Shown here piece by piece: positions 1-10,595 of a DNA stretch of 64,000 bases. This DNA is from Lingula anatina. Taxonomy: Eukaryota; Animalia; Brachiopoda. Made by a program: the position numbers and the translations under genes. Location: the NCBI GenBank assembly GCA_051362555.1, contig CM120645.1, positions 18,042,001 through 18,106,000 of the forward strand, read 5' to 3'. How positions within the stretch are numbered: the first letter of the stretch is position 1; every line of letters begins with the position of its first letter. Under the pieces are notes generated by a model that saw nothing but the letters and a program-made list of their open reading frames with translations, was not told where the DNA came from and did no database searches.

Positions 1-319
1 TTCCCTTTTTTAAGCGATTTCCTTTCCCCATCCCCTTTTTTGTTGTTTGAACTTAACCTCTCTTTAGTAATTCCTCTTTAGTAATTGTATTACCCATGGT
101 GTCACCTACTATCAAATTTATTCCCAAACCTCATTTACCATTACAATGCAGGCAAAATGTATTAAACATACACGAACAATATATTCTACGAGGAAGTTCA
201 ATTTATTTAAATAAATGCATTTTTAAAGTTTATTTTCCTGATAATGGCTTAAAGATCTCATTTGATCTTTTACCTGATTTTACTAAGACATGATTCAAGG
301 TTTAATGACTACCATTAGA

Positions 320-555
320 CATGTGTAGAGTAACCCTTTAGCTTCATTATTATTGTTGCATCTTCTCAAAATTCCAAATTTTGCACAATTTCCTTCCCCT
401 ATCCCCATTTTAAATGCTCCAATTTAAGGCACAGTGTGTGATATACCATTAAAAGAAACTACCATGCAACATTGATTTGTACTGGAAAAACCTAGAAAAA
501 ATTAAACATCACGGATTTAGAAAATATATGTTCACATTGCTTGTTACAGGGTTGT
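320..555 (+). repeat. Dispersed repeat, diverged copy of 10355-10595
   Basis: Shared blocks ATGTGTAGAGTAACCCTTT, TTTCCTTCCCCTATCCCCATTTTAAATG and AAAACCTAGAAAAA occur in the same order at both loci. Confidence 0.75.
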
Positions 556-1479
556 ATGTGGACCCCTTGTTCCAACCAGACTACTATTTTTCATCACTGT
601 CTCCACTGGCACAATATGATGAAATTTGTGGACACCGTCACAATCATGTTGAGACTGACCTTAAGACCAAATAATGCAGCCTCAGCTCTTTCGCAGCTTC
701 ACATTTCCAAGATCTATTGTAACAGAATTTATCAAATTCATTCAGAAACATTTTCAAGTAATCATACTTGTTTGACAATGTTTTTAATGAAACAGTGAAT
801 TATTCTTTACAACTTAAAAACATTCTTAGCAATTCAACAGTGAGTTAATATGGCACAGGTATCAGCAATTGTTCTTGCATACACCATGAAGGAAGACACA
901 GTGACCAATCATTCATTATAAGTAGATATAAGGGCTTGACAGTGTATTTAAATCTAAAATGTAAAGCTGCCATGTAAGAGTATAGCATGTATATTATTTT
1001 TAATATACTAAATATGAAATGGTATTGATTTTAATCCCTTTGACCCCTTTCTTAAGCAATGGAACTGAACACCCATTTTTTGACAATTGAACTGTGCAAC
1101 TCTTCAGTACTTGTTTCAGTCACAGATTACGCCTACTTTTTAAAATAATTTTTTTAAATATTACATCACTGAAATATAGAACATTATCAAAAATACCCTT
1201 AAAATTCCATATTCTAGGTTCAAATTATTGTATATATATACATATTAATTTTTTTACCCCATTTTACTAAAATGCTTCAAATTTGACCTCATTTGATATT
1301 TGCCTTATTTACTTAAACATGCTTCAATCTTACATAGCATTTATAACCTATATGAGCCACAAAATTATATAAATCAAACTTACATCTTACATAAATTTAG
1401 TACTTTGAGAGATTTCTTTTCCCAACCCTTCTTCTTTCAAACTTAAACCTCTAATCAATAACCATTTGACAATGCCCTA

Positions 1480-1660
1480 CAGGCCCGTAGCCAGAAATTT
1501 CAAAAGGGGGGTTCTTTTTCTGAAAAAGTGGACCTTTACCATGAAACTTTCATATACCATTATTAAATTTCACCCAGAGGGGCCTTTTCCTTGCAAAAAG
1601 GGGGGTTCATTTGAACCCCCTGAACCCCCCCCCCCCCCCCCCCCCCTGGCTACGGGCCTG
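1480..1660. mobile_element. Short non-autonomous DNA transposon (MITE) with 15-bp terminal inverted repeats (TIRs)
   Basis: CAGGCCCGTAGCCAG (1480-1494) and CTGGCTACGGGCCTG (1646-1660) are perfect inverted repeats. Flanks CCCTA/TCCTA resemble a degenerate 5-bp TSD. Superfamily not assignable. Confidence 0.8.
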
Positions 1661-1679
1661 TCCTAAATCTTTCCACATA

Positions 1680-2790
1680 CCATGCATTGTACAAATTGGT
1701 TAAGACATGGCCTTGCTCTTGCTGCTGTCTTTTACTGCCTGCTTTTTCTAAAGGAATTAGCCATGACCAGACAGGAAGTTTCAGTTCACCAAGAAGCAAC
1801 CATGCTGTATGGAAAGGGTCATCTGGAATTGAAAGACTGGCAAATTACAGTATTACTTATAGTAGTTAAACGTTAATAATTTTGACAAACCTAGTCCAAT
1901 ATTTGTGAAAACTGTACAAATGATGCATAACATCAACAAAAAAATGTGATATCAAGCTTATCAGTTGAGTATGTCCAATGAAAAAGAATTTTTGTGACAA
2001 TATATTTGAGAAAACTGAAAAGAACACTGAAAAGACTGGCAAATTGCATGGTTTAAAATAGTTAAACGTTAATAATTTTGACAAATCTAGTTCAACTTTT
2101 GTGAAATTTGTACAAATGTATTACATCAATAAAAATTTCTGATAAGCTTATCAATTGACTATGTCCAATAAAAAAGATTTTTTCAACAATATATTTGATA
2201 AAAAACTGAAAATTACATTGAAAAGACTGGCAAATTCCATAGCTAAAAAAAGCAAAACGTTAATAATTTTGACAAATCGATGCTAATATTTGTGTAATTT
2301 GTACAAATGATGCATAACAACAACAAAAATCTGTGATAAGCTTATCAGAGTTGACTGTGTGTAATAGAAGTGTAGTTTATTGGCAATTTGTGTGAGAATA
2401 GTGATTTAATGAAAACAAATTTTCCAATTTTTCAATATATCATTCAGTCTCAAATGAAACATCAAATGTTGCGATTTGAGATCCTTTGTGTAAGACGTGG
2501 CAAATTACCCATAATTGTCATCTGGAAAACAATATATAACCATTCAAGACTTCTCCTTACTACCAATACCAAATGCAGATCATCTTAAATCTTGCCACAT
2601 ACCATCCATATTGTACATATGGATGAGAGAGTGTTGCTCTTGCTGCCGTCTTTCACTGCCTGCCAGACCAGACAGGAAGTGTCAGTTGACCAAGAAGCTA
2701 CCACACTGTATAAAAAGGGTTACCGGTACCTGGAGAAAGTACAATATATTTGAGAAAAGTGAAAATTAAATTTAAATAAGTGACAAATAT
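1680..2790 (-). repeat. Diverged, inverted outlier of the block + 195-bp macrosatellite
   Basis: Reverse complements of the block (CTTGCTCTTGCTGCTGTCTTT...GGAATTAGCCATGACCAGAC...GTATGGAAAG at ~1710-1820, again ~2340-2790) flank ~2.5 inverted 195-bp monomers (TAGTTAAACGTTAATAATTTTGACAAA at ~1864, ~2059, ~2255). Confidence 0.8.
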
Positions 2791-3245
2791 TCCTAGTTTA
2801 CTATAGCATGTTATCACAAAAAATCAGGATTTCATGGAGAAATTGACGAAGTCACTATTTCTGTGAAATCATTAATATTTAAAAATCTATATTAAAAAAA
2901 CTAATCAGTCAATTGTCAATATTATTAGATACTGCACTGGATAGATATCTAGGGCAACTTTTTACATCATCCTTGTGTATAAAAAGGGTTACCGGTATCT
3001 GGAGAAAGTACAATATATTTGAGAAAAGTGAAAATTAAATTTAAATAAGTGACAAATATTCCTAGTTTACTATAGCATGTTATCACAAAAAATCAGGATT
3101 TCATGGAGAAATTGACGAAGTCACTATTTCTGTGAAATCATTAATATTTAAAAATCTATATTAAAAAAACTAATCAGTCAATTGTCAATATTATTAGATA
3201 CTGCACTGGATAGATATCTAGGGCAACTTTTTACATCATCCTTGT
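2707..3245 (+). repeat. Near-perfect 269-bp tandem duplication
   Basis: TAAAAAGGGTTACCGGTA starts at 2711 and 2980. The copies read identical apart from GGTACCTGG/GGTATCTGG. Confidence 0.9.
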
Positions 3246-3249
3246 GGCT

Positions 3250-3690
3250 CTGTGACATCTGGTTTACCCCCTGCCGAGTGTCAACCTCCTGGAGCATATC
3301 GTGCAATAATTTTGACCTTGACCTGACCTACTTTCCTAATATTGGGTCATATGATATAGAATCATTGTGTGACCTCACCTATGAAAGGATTTGTCAAAAT
3401 GTTGAAAATTCTAGGAGATATTGCATTTTGAAATTTGCAAAAATTTCACTTTAAAAGGCTCCGTGACCTTGAAAACTAGGTCAAGGTCAAAAAAATTGGG
3501 TGGACAGTTATAACTTTTCATGGACAATCAGTATGAATTTTTTCAGAATTTTAGAAAGAAATTTTTTGACGAAAAATAATAATAAGAATAATAATAATAA
3601 TAATAACAGGAAAAACAATAGTATTCCCCTATAGGGAATCCTAATAAAGGAAAAACAATAGTATTCCCCTATGGGGAATCCTAATAATTA
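3250..3690 (-). mobile_element. 5' part of a Helentron-associated (HINE/DINE-1-like) element, family C, with a duplicated terminus
   Basis: The minus strand reads TTATTAGGATTCCCC-ATAG-GGGAATACTATTG (terminal stem-loop), present twice as a 40-bp tandem (3608-3647, 3648-3687). It is followed by a (TTA)n microsatellite and TGACCTTGACCT core motifs. Confidence 0.6.
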
Positions 3691-3907
3691 TTATTATTAT
3701 TTGTAGAATGCTACAATTCATAAGCAAATCATGGGGAAAAGTAAAAGGTCAATTGCAAGTTTGCAGTCAGATTGAGAATTTAGGACTTCCCATCCAAGTT
3801 TAATTGTAAATATAAGAGTTTGGAAATTTGCGAAGTTCATTTCATGGTGAGTAGGTCAAAACTCAAATTCAAGGCTACAGTAAGACTGCAAATATATGTT
3901 CAAGTTC

Positions 3908-4248
3908 AATGGGCAAGTTAAATGACCAAGTTAATTGACAAGTTAATTGGCCAAGCTGCCAGTTTGTTTACGTATGTGCAGGGGATGTCTTAGATCAAGG
4001 CACAAATGAAGCCCACCTTTAATTTAACATTTCTTTAGTAAATGTTATTTAATCAATCTATATGTCTTTTCTCTAAACATTAAACATCTTTATCATCCTT
4101 TGATGTATTTTACAAATCTCAGGTAATGAAATACAAGTATAACTTATTTGCCACACCTGTAAGTATCATAATATGTGCCTTGATCTAAGACATCCCCTGC
4201 ACATGCCATACAAACAAACCGGCAGCTTGGCCAATTAACTTGCCCATT
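3908..4248. mobile_element. MITE-like element with ~70-bp inverted arms
   Basis: AATTGGCCAAGCTGCC...GCAGGGGATGTCTTAGATCAAGGCACA (~3945-4003) is mirrored at ~4175-4240. Termini are AATGGGCAAGTTAA/TTAACTTGCCCATT, with CAAGTTAA subrepeats. Confidence 0.75.
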
Positions 4249-4329
4249 ATGCTATTAACAATGCAAAGACACCATAAAGAATGGGGTCTGGGCTTTTTAT
4301 GCATAGGACTAGATTTGATCCGGGCCTTT

Positions 4330-4332
<3 letters not shown>

Positions 4333-4406
<74 letters not shown>
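4333..4406. repeat. (TA)n microsatellite
   Basis: Direct reading; one interruption. Confidence 0.95.
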
Positions 4407-4564
4407 GGTTGTAGTTCTCTTCTTATATATATATTTAAGAAAAGAACTATATATATTAATATAAACTTTGGAAATTTCAACTTAAAGGCAATACATTTAT
4501 ACCCCACATATATTTAGCCATCAAACACGTCCTAATGCTAAACACATCCAGGCTAATTTCCCGC

Positions 4565-4697
4565 TGGGTGGGGTTGATATAACATTGTTTTCTGACGTTG
4601 ATACAACGTTGTTATCTGAGGTTGACACAACTTTCAAATCCAACGTTTATCCAATGTCTTGTTTCAACATTAAAACAACATAATTTGCCGGCTGGGT
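4565..4697 (-). mobile_element. MITE fragment with AACGTTG subterminal repeats (inverted copy of 5499-5650)
   Basis: TAATTTGCCGGCTGGG is the reverse complement of CCCAGCAGGCAAATTA at 5499 (one mismatch). Repeated CAACGTTG motifs. Confidence 0.65.
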
Positions 4698-5498
4698 ATG
4701 ATTCATAACATTCCTAATGTTGGACACACATGGAACTGACCTCTGTGAACTCAGACTTTGACATCCCTCCCTGTGCTCTTGATGCCATTACTCGAGGATA
4801 ATTGATTTGGAATTGACTGTAATGCCCAGAAATTAATGCTTTGTTGTTGTCGTAGTTTTTCTGTTGTTATGTAACCTAAGTTTACTTTTTTATCACTCAT
4901 TTATTACATAACATCCAGCCACATGTGGGCATGTTGGCTAACTGTAGAGAAGGAACAATGCATTGTGGGAGATATGATAATTACTTTAATTATGTTAATA
5001 TGCAACAGATGTTTAGAAATTTTATGTTGCTATTGCTATTCATACATAATACAGATACATATTATATGTGTATTTTTTGTTCACTGCCATTGTTTACTGC
5101 TTCAAGTCTGTATATTTGGAAGCTTTGCTGCCTTGTTTAACTGAATTGTCACTTTTCAGTCCTCAATTAACACTGATCCCTGTTATATATTAGTTCAGAC
5201 AACTGACAGATTTGTTTTTCTCCAGACTTAATTTCTTGGTTTCAGTTTCAGGCTTCTGTCTTTTATAAAATGATGTACTAATGTCCCTTCACAAATCCTT
5301 CCTTTTCCATACGGCATGGTGGCTTTGTGAACTTAAATACCTTTCCGCTCATGGCTTGTATCTCCAAAACAGGCAGAGATATGCCTACAGTTAACAGTGA
5401 ACTTGAATAGGAACATATATTTTTGCAATCTTACTGTGGACTTTGACTTTTGACCTAATTGTCAGCATGAACTGAACTTTGCAAATGTCCCCACCCTT

Positions 5499-5650
5499 CC
5501 CAGCAGGCAAATTATGTTGTTTTAACGTTGAAACAACGTTGAACTATAATGTTGATAATATGTTGGTTTAACATTGGATTTCAAAGTTGACTCAACCTCA
5601 GATAACAACGTTGTATCAACGTCAGATAACAACATTGTTTCAACCCCAGT
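5499..5650 (+). mobile_element. MITE fragment with CCCAGC terminus and AACGTTG subterminal repeats (EnSpm/CACTA-like architecture)
   Basis: CCCAGCAGGCAAATT start and multiple AACGTTG/CAACGTC motifs. The superfamily is inferred only from architecture. Confidence 0.6.
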
Positions 5651-5879
5651 TGTTAGACAGCATTCTTGCATGAAAAGACATTAAAATGACCTGAAATGTT
5701 TTTTTTGTTTGTTTTTGGTACAAAATACAGGTACACAATTATAACGTACACTGTAAAAACATCCAAGTGCTTGTTTTGTCTGATTTTTTCAATGCATTTA
5801 GCTCCTAAGCATGTTTTGCACCTAAGCATGGTACATCCTTTTAGCCTGGATGTGTTAAGCATAGCCCAGGTCTCAATGA

Positions 5880-7424
5880 CATGATCATTTCTTTGCCAAT
5901 TTTGCAGATTTAAAGGCCATGCAGAAAACATGCAAAAAGCAGTTCATCATAAAAAGTAGGTCAAGGTCAATTTCAAGGTCACAGTAAGATTGCCAGTGTA
6001 TTACTTCCTATTCAAGTTCAATAGTAACTATGGACCTATATCTGCCAGTTTTGGTGATAAAAGGGAAGAAAATTTGCAAAGTTCAGTTTATGGTGTGAAG
6101 TTGGTCAAAGGTCAATTTCAAGGTCAGAGTAAGACTACCAGTATATGACTTCCTATTCAAGTTCAATAGTAACTATGGACCTATCTCTGCCAGTTTTAGA
6201 GATAAAAGGGAATGAAAATTTGCAAAGTTCAATTCATGGTGAAAAAGAGGTCAAAGGTCAATTTTAAGGTCACTGTAATTGGCCTCTAATGACTTTCTAT
6301 TCAAATTCAATAGTAACTATGGGCGTATCTCTGCCAGTTTTGGAGATAAAAGGGAACGAAAATTTGCAAAGTTCAGTTCATGGTAAAAAGTAGGTCAAAG
6401 GTCAATTTCAAGGTCACAGTTAAATTGCCAGTTAGTGACTTCCTATTCAACTTTAATAGTAACTATGGACCTATCTCTGTCAATTTTGGAGATATAAGGG
6501 ACTAAATGTTACAATTTTGGAGTTACAATAATGTGTCATAAATTTCCTACAGAAAAAAATTAATTAAAATAAAGAAAAGGTCATTTTGGTTGAAATTCTT
6601 GAAATGGAAGGTGCTGAGAAGTTCTAGATGTTCAAATTTCATGAAATAATGTCATTTTTGACCAGAAGTTGTCTGTCTTGCCAAGCCTTATGTTTTATTT
6701 TCCTGGGGTTCAAAATTTATTATACATTACCGTACTGCACATTTTGCTTTCACCACCACAATGTACTTTTTGATACAGCATAACTCGTAAACCATATGGA
6801 ATACAAAAAAACGGAGACCACTCTAGCATTAACGGTTCCCGAATTAGAGACAGTTTTCAGTTTCGGTATCTTATGGCGGCTACTCCAGTGAAAATGCACC
6901 GATTGACCCCAAATTCATGGAGACGAAAGATGACCCAAAGGGTAACACTTTCCAATAATATTATTGGTTAGGTCTGTGTAGTTTCTGAATATCAGCGCAA
7001 ATAATTTTTTTTCGTAAAAAATTTCGTTTTTTTGAAAATTTTGGCCCATTTGACCTTGAAATAAAGGTCAAAGCTCAAATCCAAGGGCATATTAGAAATC
7101 TCCACATATGACTTTCGGTCAGCCGTCTGTAGAAATTTTTCCCATAATTCCTTCCGTAGGGTAAATAATTAGCATTTAATTTTGCCATTTTTGGACAAGG
7201 GTACATTGCAATGAGTGCCACACCTAGACCCCAGCACCAACAAAGCCCAAATTTTACTAGGAACGAGTTGAGATTATAGGTGACCTAAATCCAAGAGATG
7301 GGTATGAATGCCCTTACTGCCTAGGAGGAGATGCGGTAACGGTAACATGGTCGGCGGAGCCGGCGGAACGATCCGGACGGGACTAAAACCATGTGTACCG
7401 CCAGCGCCTACACTGGTGGTACAA
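5880..7424 (-). mobile_element. HINE family A copy (5' stem-loop, core, ~4 x 146-bp monomers), 3' end missing
   Basis: Hairpin GTACCGCCAGCG-CCTA-CACTGGTGGTAC at 7395-7422. Core 6840-7380 matches 15420-15915 plus 23003-23130 in reverse. Inverted 146-bp monomers at 5880-6500. Confidence 0.85.
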
Positions 7425-8660
7425 TAATCTGTGTTGAACACTATCGAAAGCAGCTGAAAAATCTATAAAATACAGTAGCATCTGCCTTTTCTTCTACTTA
7501 AGTATTTTTGTAAGCAACCCAGCAATGTCAAAATGTGATCGGCAGTGGAGTAACCAATTTTATAGGCGGCCTTAGCTTCAATTGTTGCATTATTTTCCAC
7601 TGCCCAATTATTAAATCTTAAATTTTTATAAATATTTTTCCCATGACATTCAAAAGCGCAATTCCTCTACAATTTGATGCCACATTTACATTTCCTTTTT
7701 TGAGCAATGGGTAGAGAATGGCATTGCACCAGCTATAGGGAAATTTTCCACTTATTAATACAGTATTATAAAGATTCAACAACAGTGGTGATAAATAGTT
7801 GAAGCCATATTTAAACATTTCAATCACTAATCCATCTGGACCTGGAGATTTTCCACTTTTCATGGTGCGTACAACATTTGATAGTTCATCCATAGTGAAT
7901 GGTTCATTTAGAGTATTGCAACTGTTTAAAGATTGTATGTGCTCAAACCATTGAGTATACTGTTCGATGTATGTTATGAAACTCTTTTCTATGTCATTTA
8001 CATTTTCATTTAATAACTTGTAAAAATGATTTTGCCATGCTTGTGGGCTGCTATTGATCTTTTTAAAAGACTGGGCACTTTTCGGAGACTTTATATAATT
8101 CCACATCTCCTTTGTGGTTTTTAAAGCGTGCAGTTGCTCGACTTCCTTTGCAGTGTAAGAATTTTTGTTCATTTCACAGAGTGCCTTAAACTTACTCTTA
8201 CATTCCTTATATTTTTGAAAATCATTTTGATTATTTGACTTCCAGAAGTCATGGAGACATTTGAATTTGTTTTAATAGATCACATTCTTGATCCCACCAC
8301 CGAGGTTGATTTCTTTGAACTTTGCTTTCCCTGATTAAAAAGAGAGTACCTGACCGTTGTAGTAGACCTTCTAACATTTGTTCAGCATTGTTCACATCAT
8401 TCATCTGCAAAAAGTAATTGAACTGGCCTAAACTAAAGATATTATCGTTTCGTAAATTATCAAGGAACCTCTTTTCTTTTTTTGTTGTTCCATCTGTACA
8501 GTTTGCGCTTGCATGTGCTTATTGCATTTTCGGATTCACTTGAAACATCCCTGCACTGGACTTGATATGAGATGGGGAAATGATCTGATATATCTAAAGG
8601 TAGAACCTCAAATGTATCAGGTCTGTATGTAACAAAATATAATCAATGACACCGTTCGCC
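7425..8660 (-). pseudogene. Non-LTR retrotransposon ORF2 fragment (APE endonuclease C-terminus to RT N-terminus), RTE-X-like
   Basis: VIDYIL and SDHFPI endonuclease motifs (~8570-8650). ORF 7618-8172 has KSPGPDG, WCNAILYPLLKKG, RGIALLNVMGKIF. Downstream reads GYSTADHILTL and IDFSAAFDSV. It has frameshifts and stops and is truncated at the HINE. Confidence 0.85.
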
Positions 8661-9163
8661 CTCTAATTTACCAAAATTTTCGGGGCCCTTCAGCAAGACC
8701 CAAACCCACACACACATCCGCTAACTCCTTCTAACCCCCCCCCCCCCCCAAAAAAAAAAAAAAAAATCCTAAATCCGCCCCTAAGATGTATGATTTTGTA
8801 GGATAAAAATGAAAAACATTCATGTAGATAAGACTTATCTGTTTAATCAAAAAACAGAAGTCTTAGAGCATTTATCAGAAGGGAAGCAAATAGTCTTTAT
8901 GCTTACCCAATAAACCAAAATGCACTCCTCTTCGTTTGTGTAAACTTGCAAAACTAAATGTATTCCGCTCTTTTCCATCCCGAAAAATCTTCACTGAATC
9001 TTTGCGGGCCCCTAAGGCGAGGTGCGATGAATTGATTGAATTGGAGAATTGAATGGGAGAAGATGAAATTTTCTTAGGTCGTAAATATCCCTAGGTACAT
9101 TCCATAACGTGCAAAATGTTTGAGAATATAATTCGATCCGAATAAACAAGTACCTGTATCTTG

Positions 9164-9168
<5 letters not shown>

Positions 9169-9201
<33 letters not shown>
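9169..9201. repeat. (TAAA)n microsatellite
   Basis: Direct reading. Confidence 0.9.
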
Positions 9202-10141
9202 AAAAGATCCCCGCAGTGAAAACGCAATCAACATATCTGTCACAACTAACACACTGCATCGGAGGAGAATATCGGGGCACATCAAGCGCATTCCAGTTCA
9301 GAGCTATGTTCAAGCTATTTCGGCCTTGGATCTTTTGATTTTTAGTTCAAATATGAATTGATATTATTTTGGTTGAAAATAATTTGATTTTATAAACATT
9401 GTTCATTATTTATAAGGAAAGGAAGTAATTTTTACACTCCCTTTTTTATTTCTTTTTTTTTTATCTTGTTTGATGTCCATTGCCTTATATCGAACGTTGC
9501 CCAAAATTGATTCTCAGAGTTACAACGTTAATTACGTTATTACACGCCTCCCCATGTGTCGTCCCAAGGGAGCCGAGATTTAATGACTGTACCCCCGCAG
9601 GGACGACGCATAGGGAGGCGTGTGAGAAGCGGAGAGACTATCAAAAGATTAGGCGGTTTTCCTTTTATGTACGTCCGCCATATTAAGGTCGTGGCTTTGT
9701 AGAGCTATGGCTCAACTCGACGTGAATGCGGCCTAATTATTAGATCTACATTGATTTCGCGTAAACCTTCACAAAATGACACCCGCGGTACTGTTGCCAG
9801 CGATACACCAAGCTTTTTGTTCACAGGCCGTCCTGGCTGCCCCCAGTAGCAGTTTACCACTGGTGACTCATGAAGACCGGCACGTTTTACAATTTTACCC
9901 TGTTTCATTTTTTAAAAGACAAGTTTTAATATGATATTCACGACTAGAATTCTCTATCTGTATAAAACACGTACAAGTACAGTTCTTCGTGTATAATAAA
10001 CTCCAATCCACCCGAAGCGCATAATACAGACAGCTGTGCGTGCCGTACGCTGGGAGAAGGCCTACCAGGACGAAATGAGCTTTTTCACTGCGCCCTCATT
10101 AGGAAAAAAATCAATGTGGTAAACTGTTCCGAACGCATAAA

Positions 10142-10307
10142 AGGGGCGGATCCAGAGATATTTTTTGACAGTCTTCCAAATTATCTTTGTTGATCCATTC
10201 TCTATTTTGACCGTCTTCAGACAGAAAAAAATTAGATACCCGTCAATGTAAACTTGGAAATCTGACCGTCTTCCGGAAGACCCAGACTATAGCCTCAATC
10301 CGCCCCT
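10142..10307. mobile_element. Short MITE with AGGGGCGGAT TIRs
   Basis: AGGGGCGGAT...ATCCGCCCCT with three internal TGACMGTCTTC repeats. Related right ends at ~8775 and ~10970. Confidence 0.6.
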
Positions 10308-10354
10308 AGGCAAATGGAGCCCACTATTAATATTTGCTTTTAAACATTACATAT

Positions 10355-10595
10355 ATGTGTAGAGTAACCCTTTCGCTACACAATGGTGGATAGATCATTG
10401 TTGCCTCTTCTTTACATTCCAGATAATGGACTATTTCCTTCCCCTATCCCCATTTTAAATGTTCCAATTTAAGGTCCATTGTGTGACATAACAATAAAAT
10501 AAACCACTGTGGAATATCTGTTTGTTGTGGGAAAACCTAGAAAAAATTTAAACATTATGGATTAAGAAAATTTGTTTTCATTCCTTGTCAAGGGT
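10355..10595 (+). repeat. Dispersed repeat, diverged copy of 320-555
   Basis: Same conserved blocks as 320-555. Confidence 0.75.

Noticed and set aside
4240-4507. YI-repeat ORFs (also 62052-62273 and the YLFI ORFs at 9012-9313)
   Set aside because: They are translations of (TA)n and (TAAA)n microsatellites.
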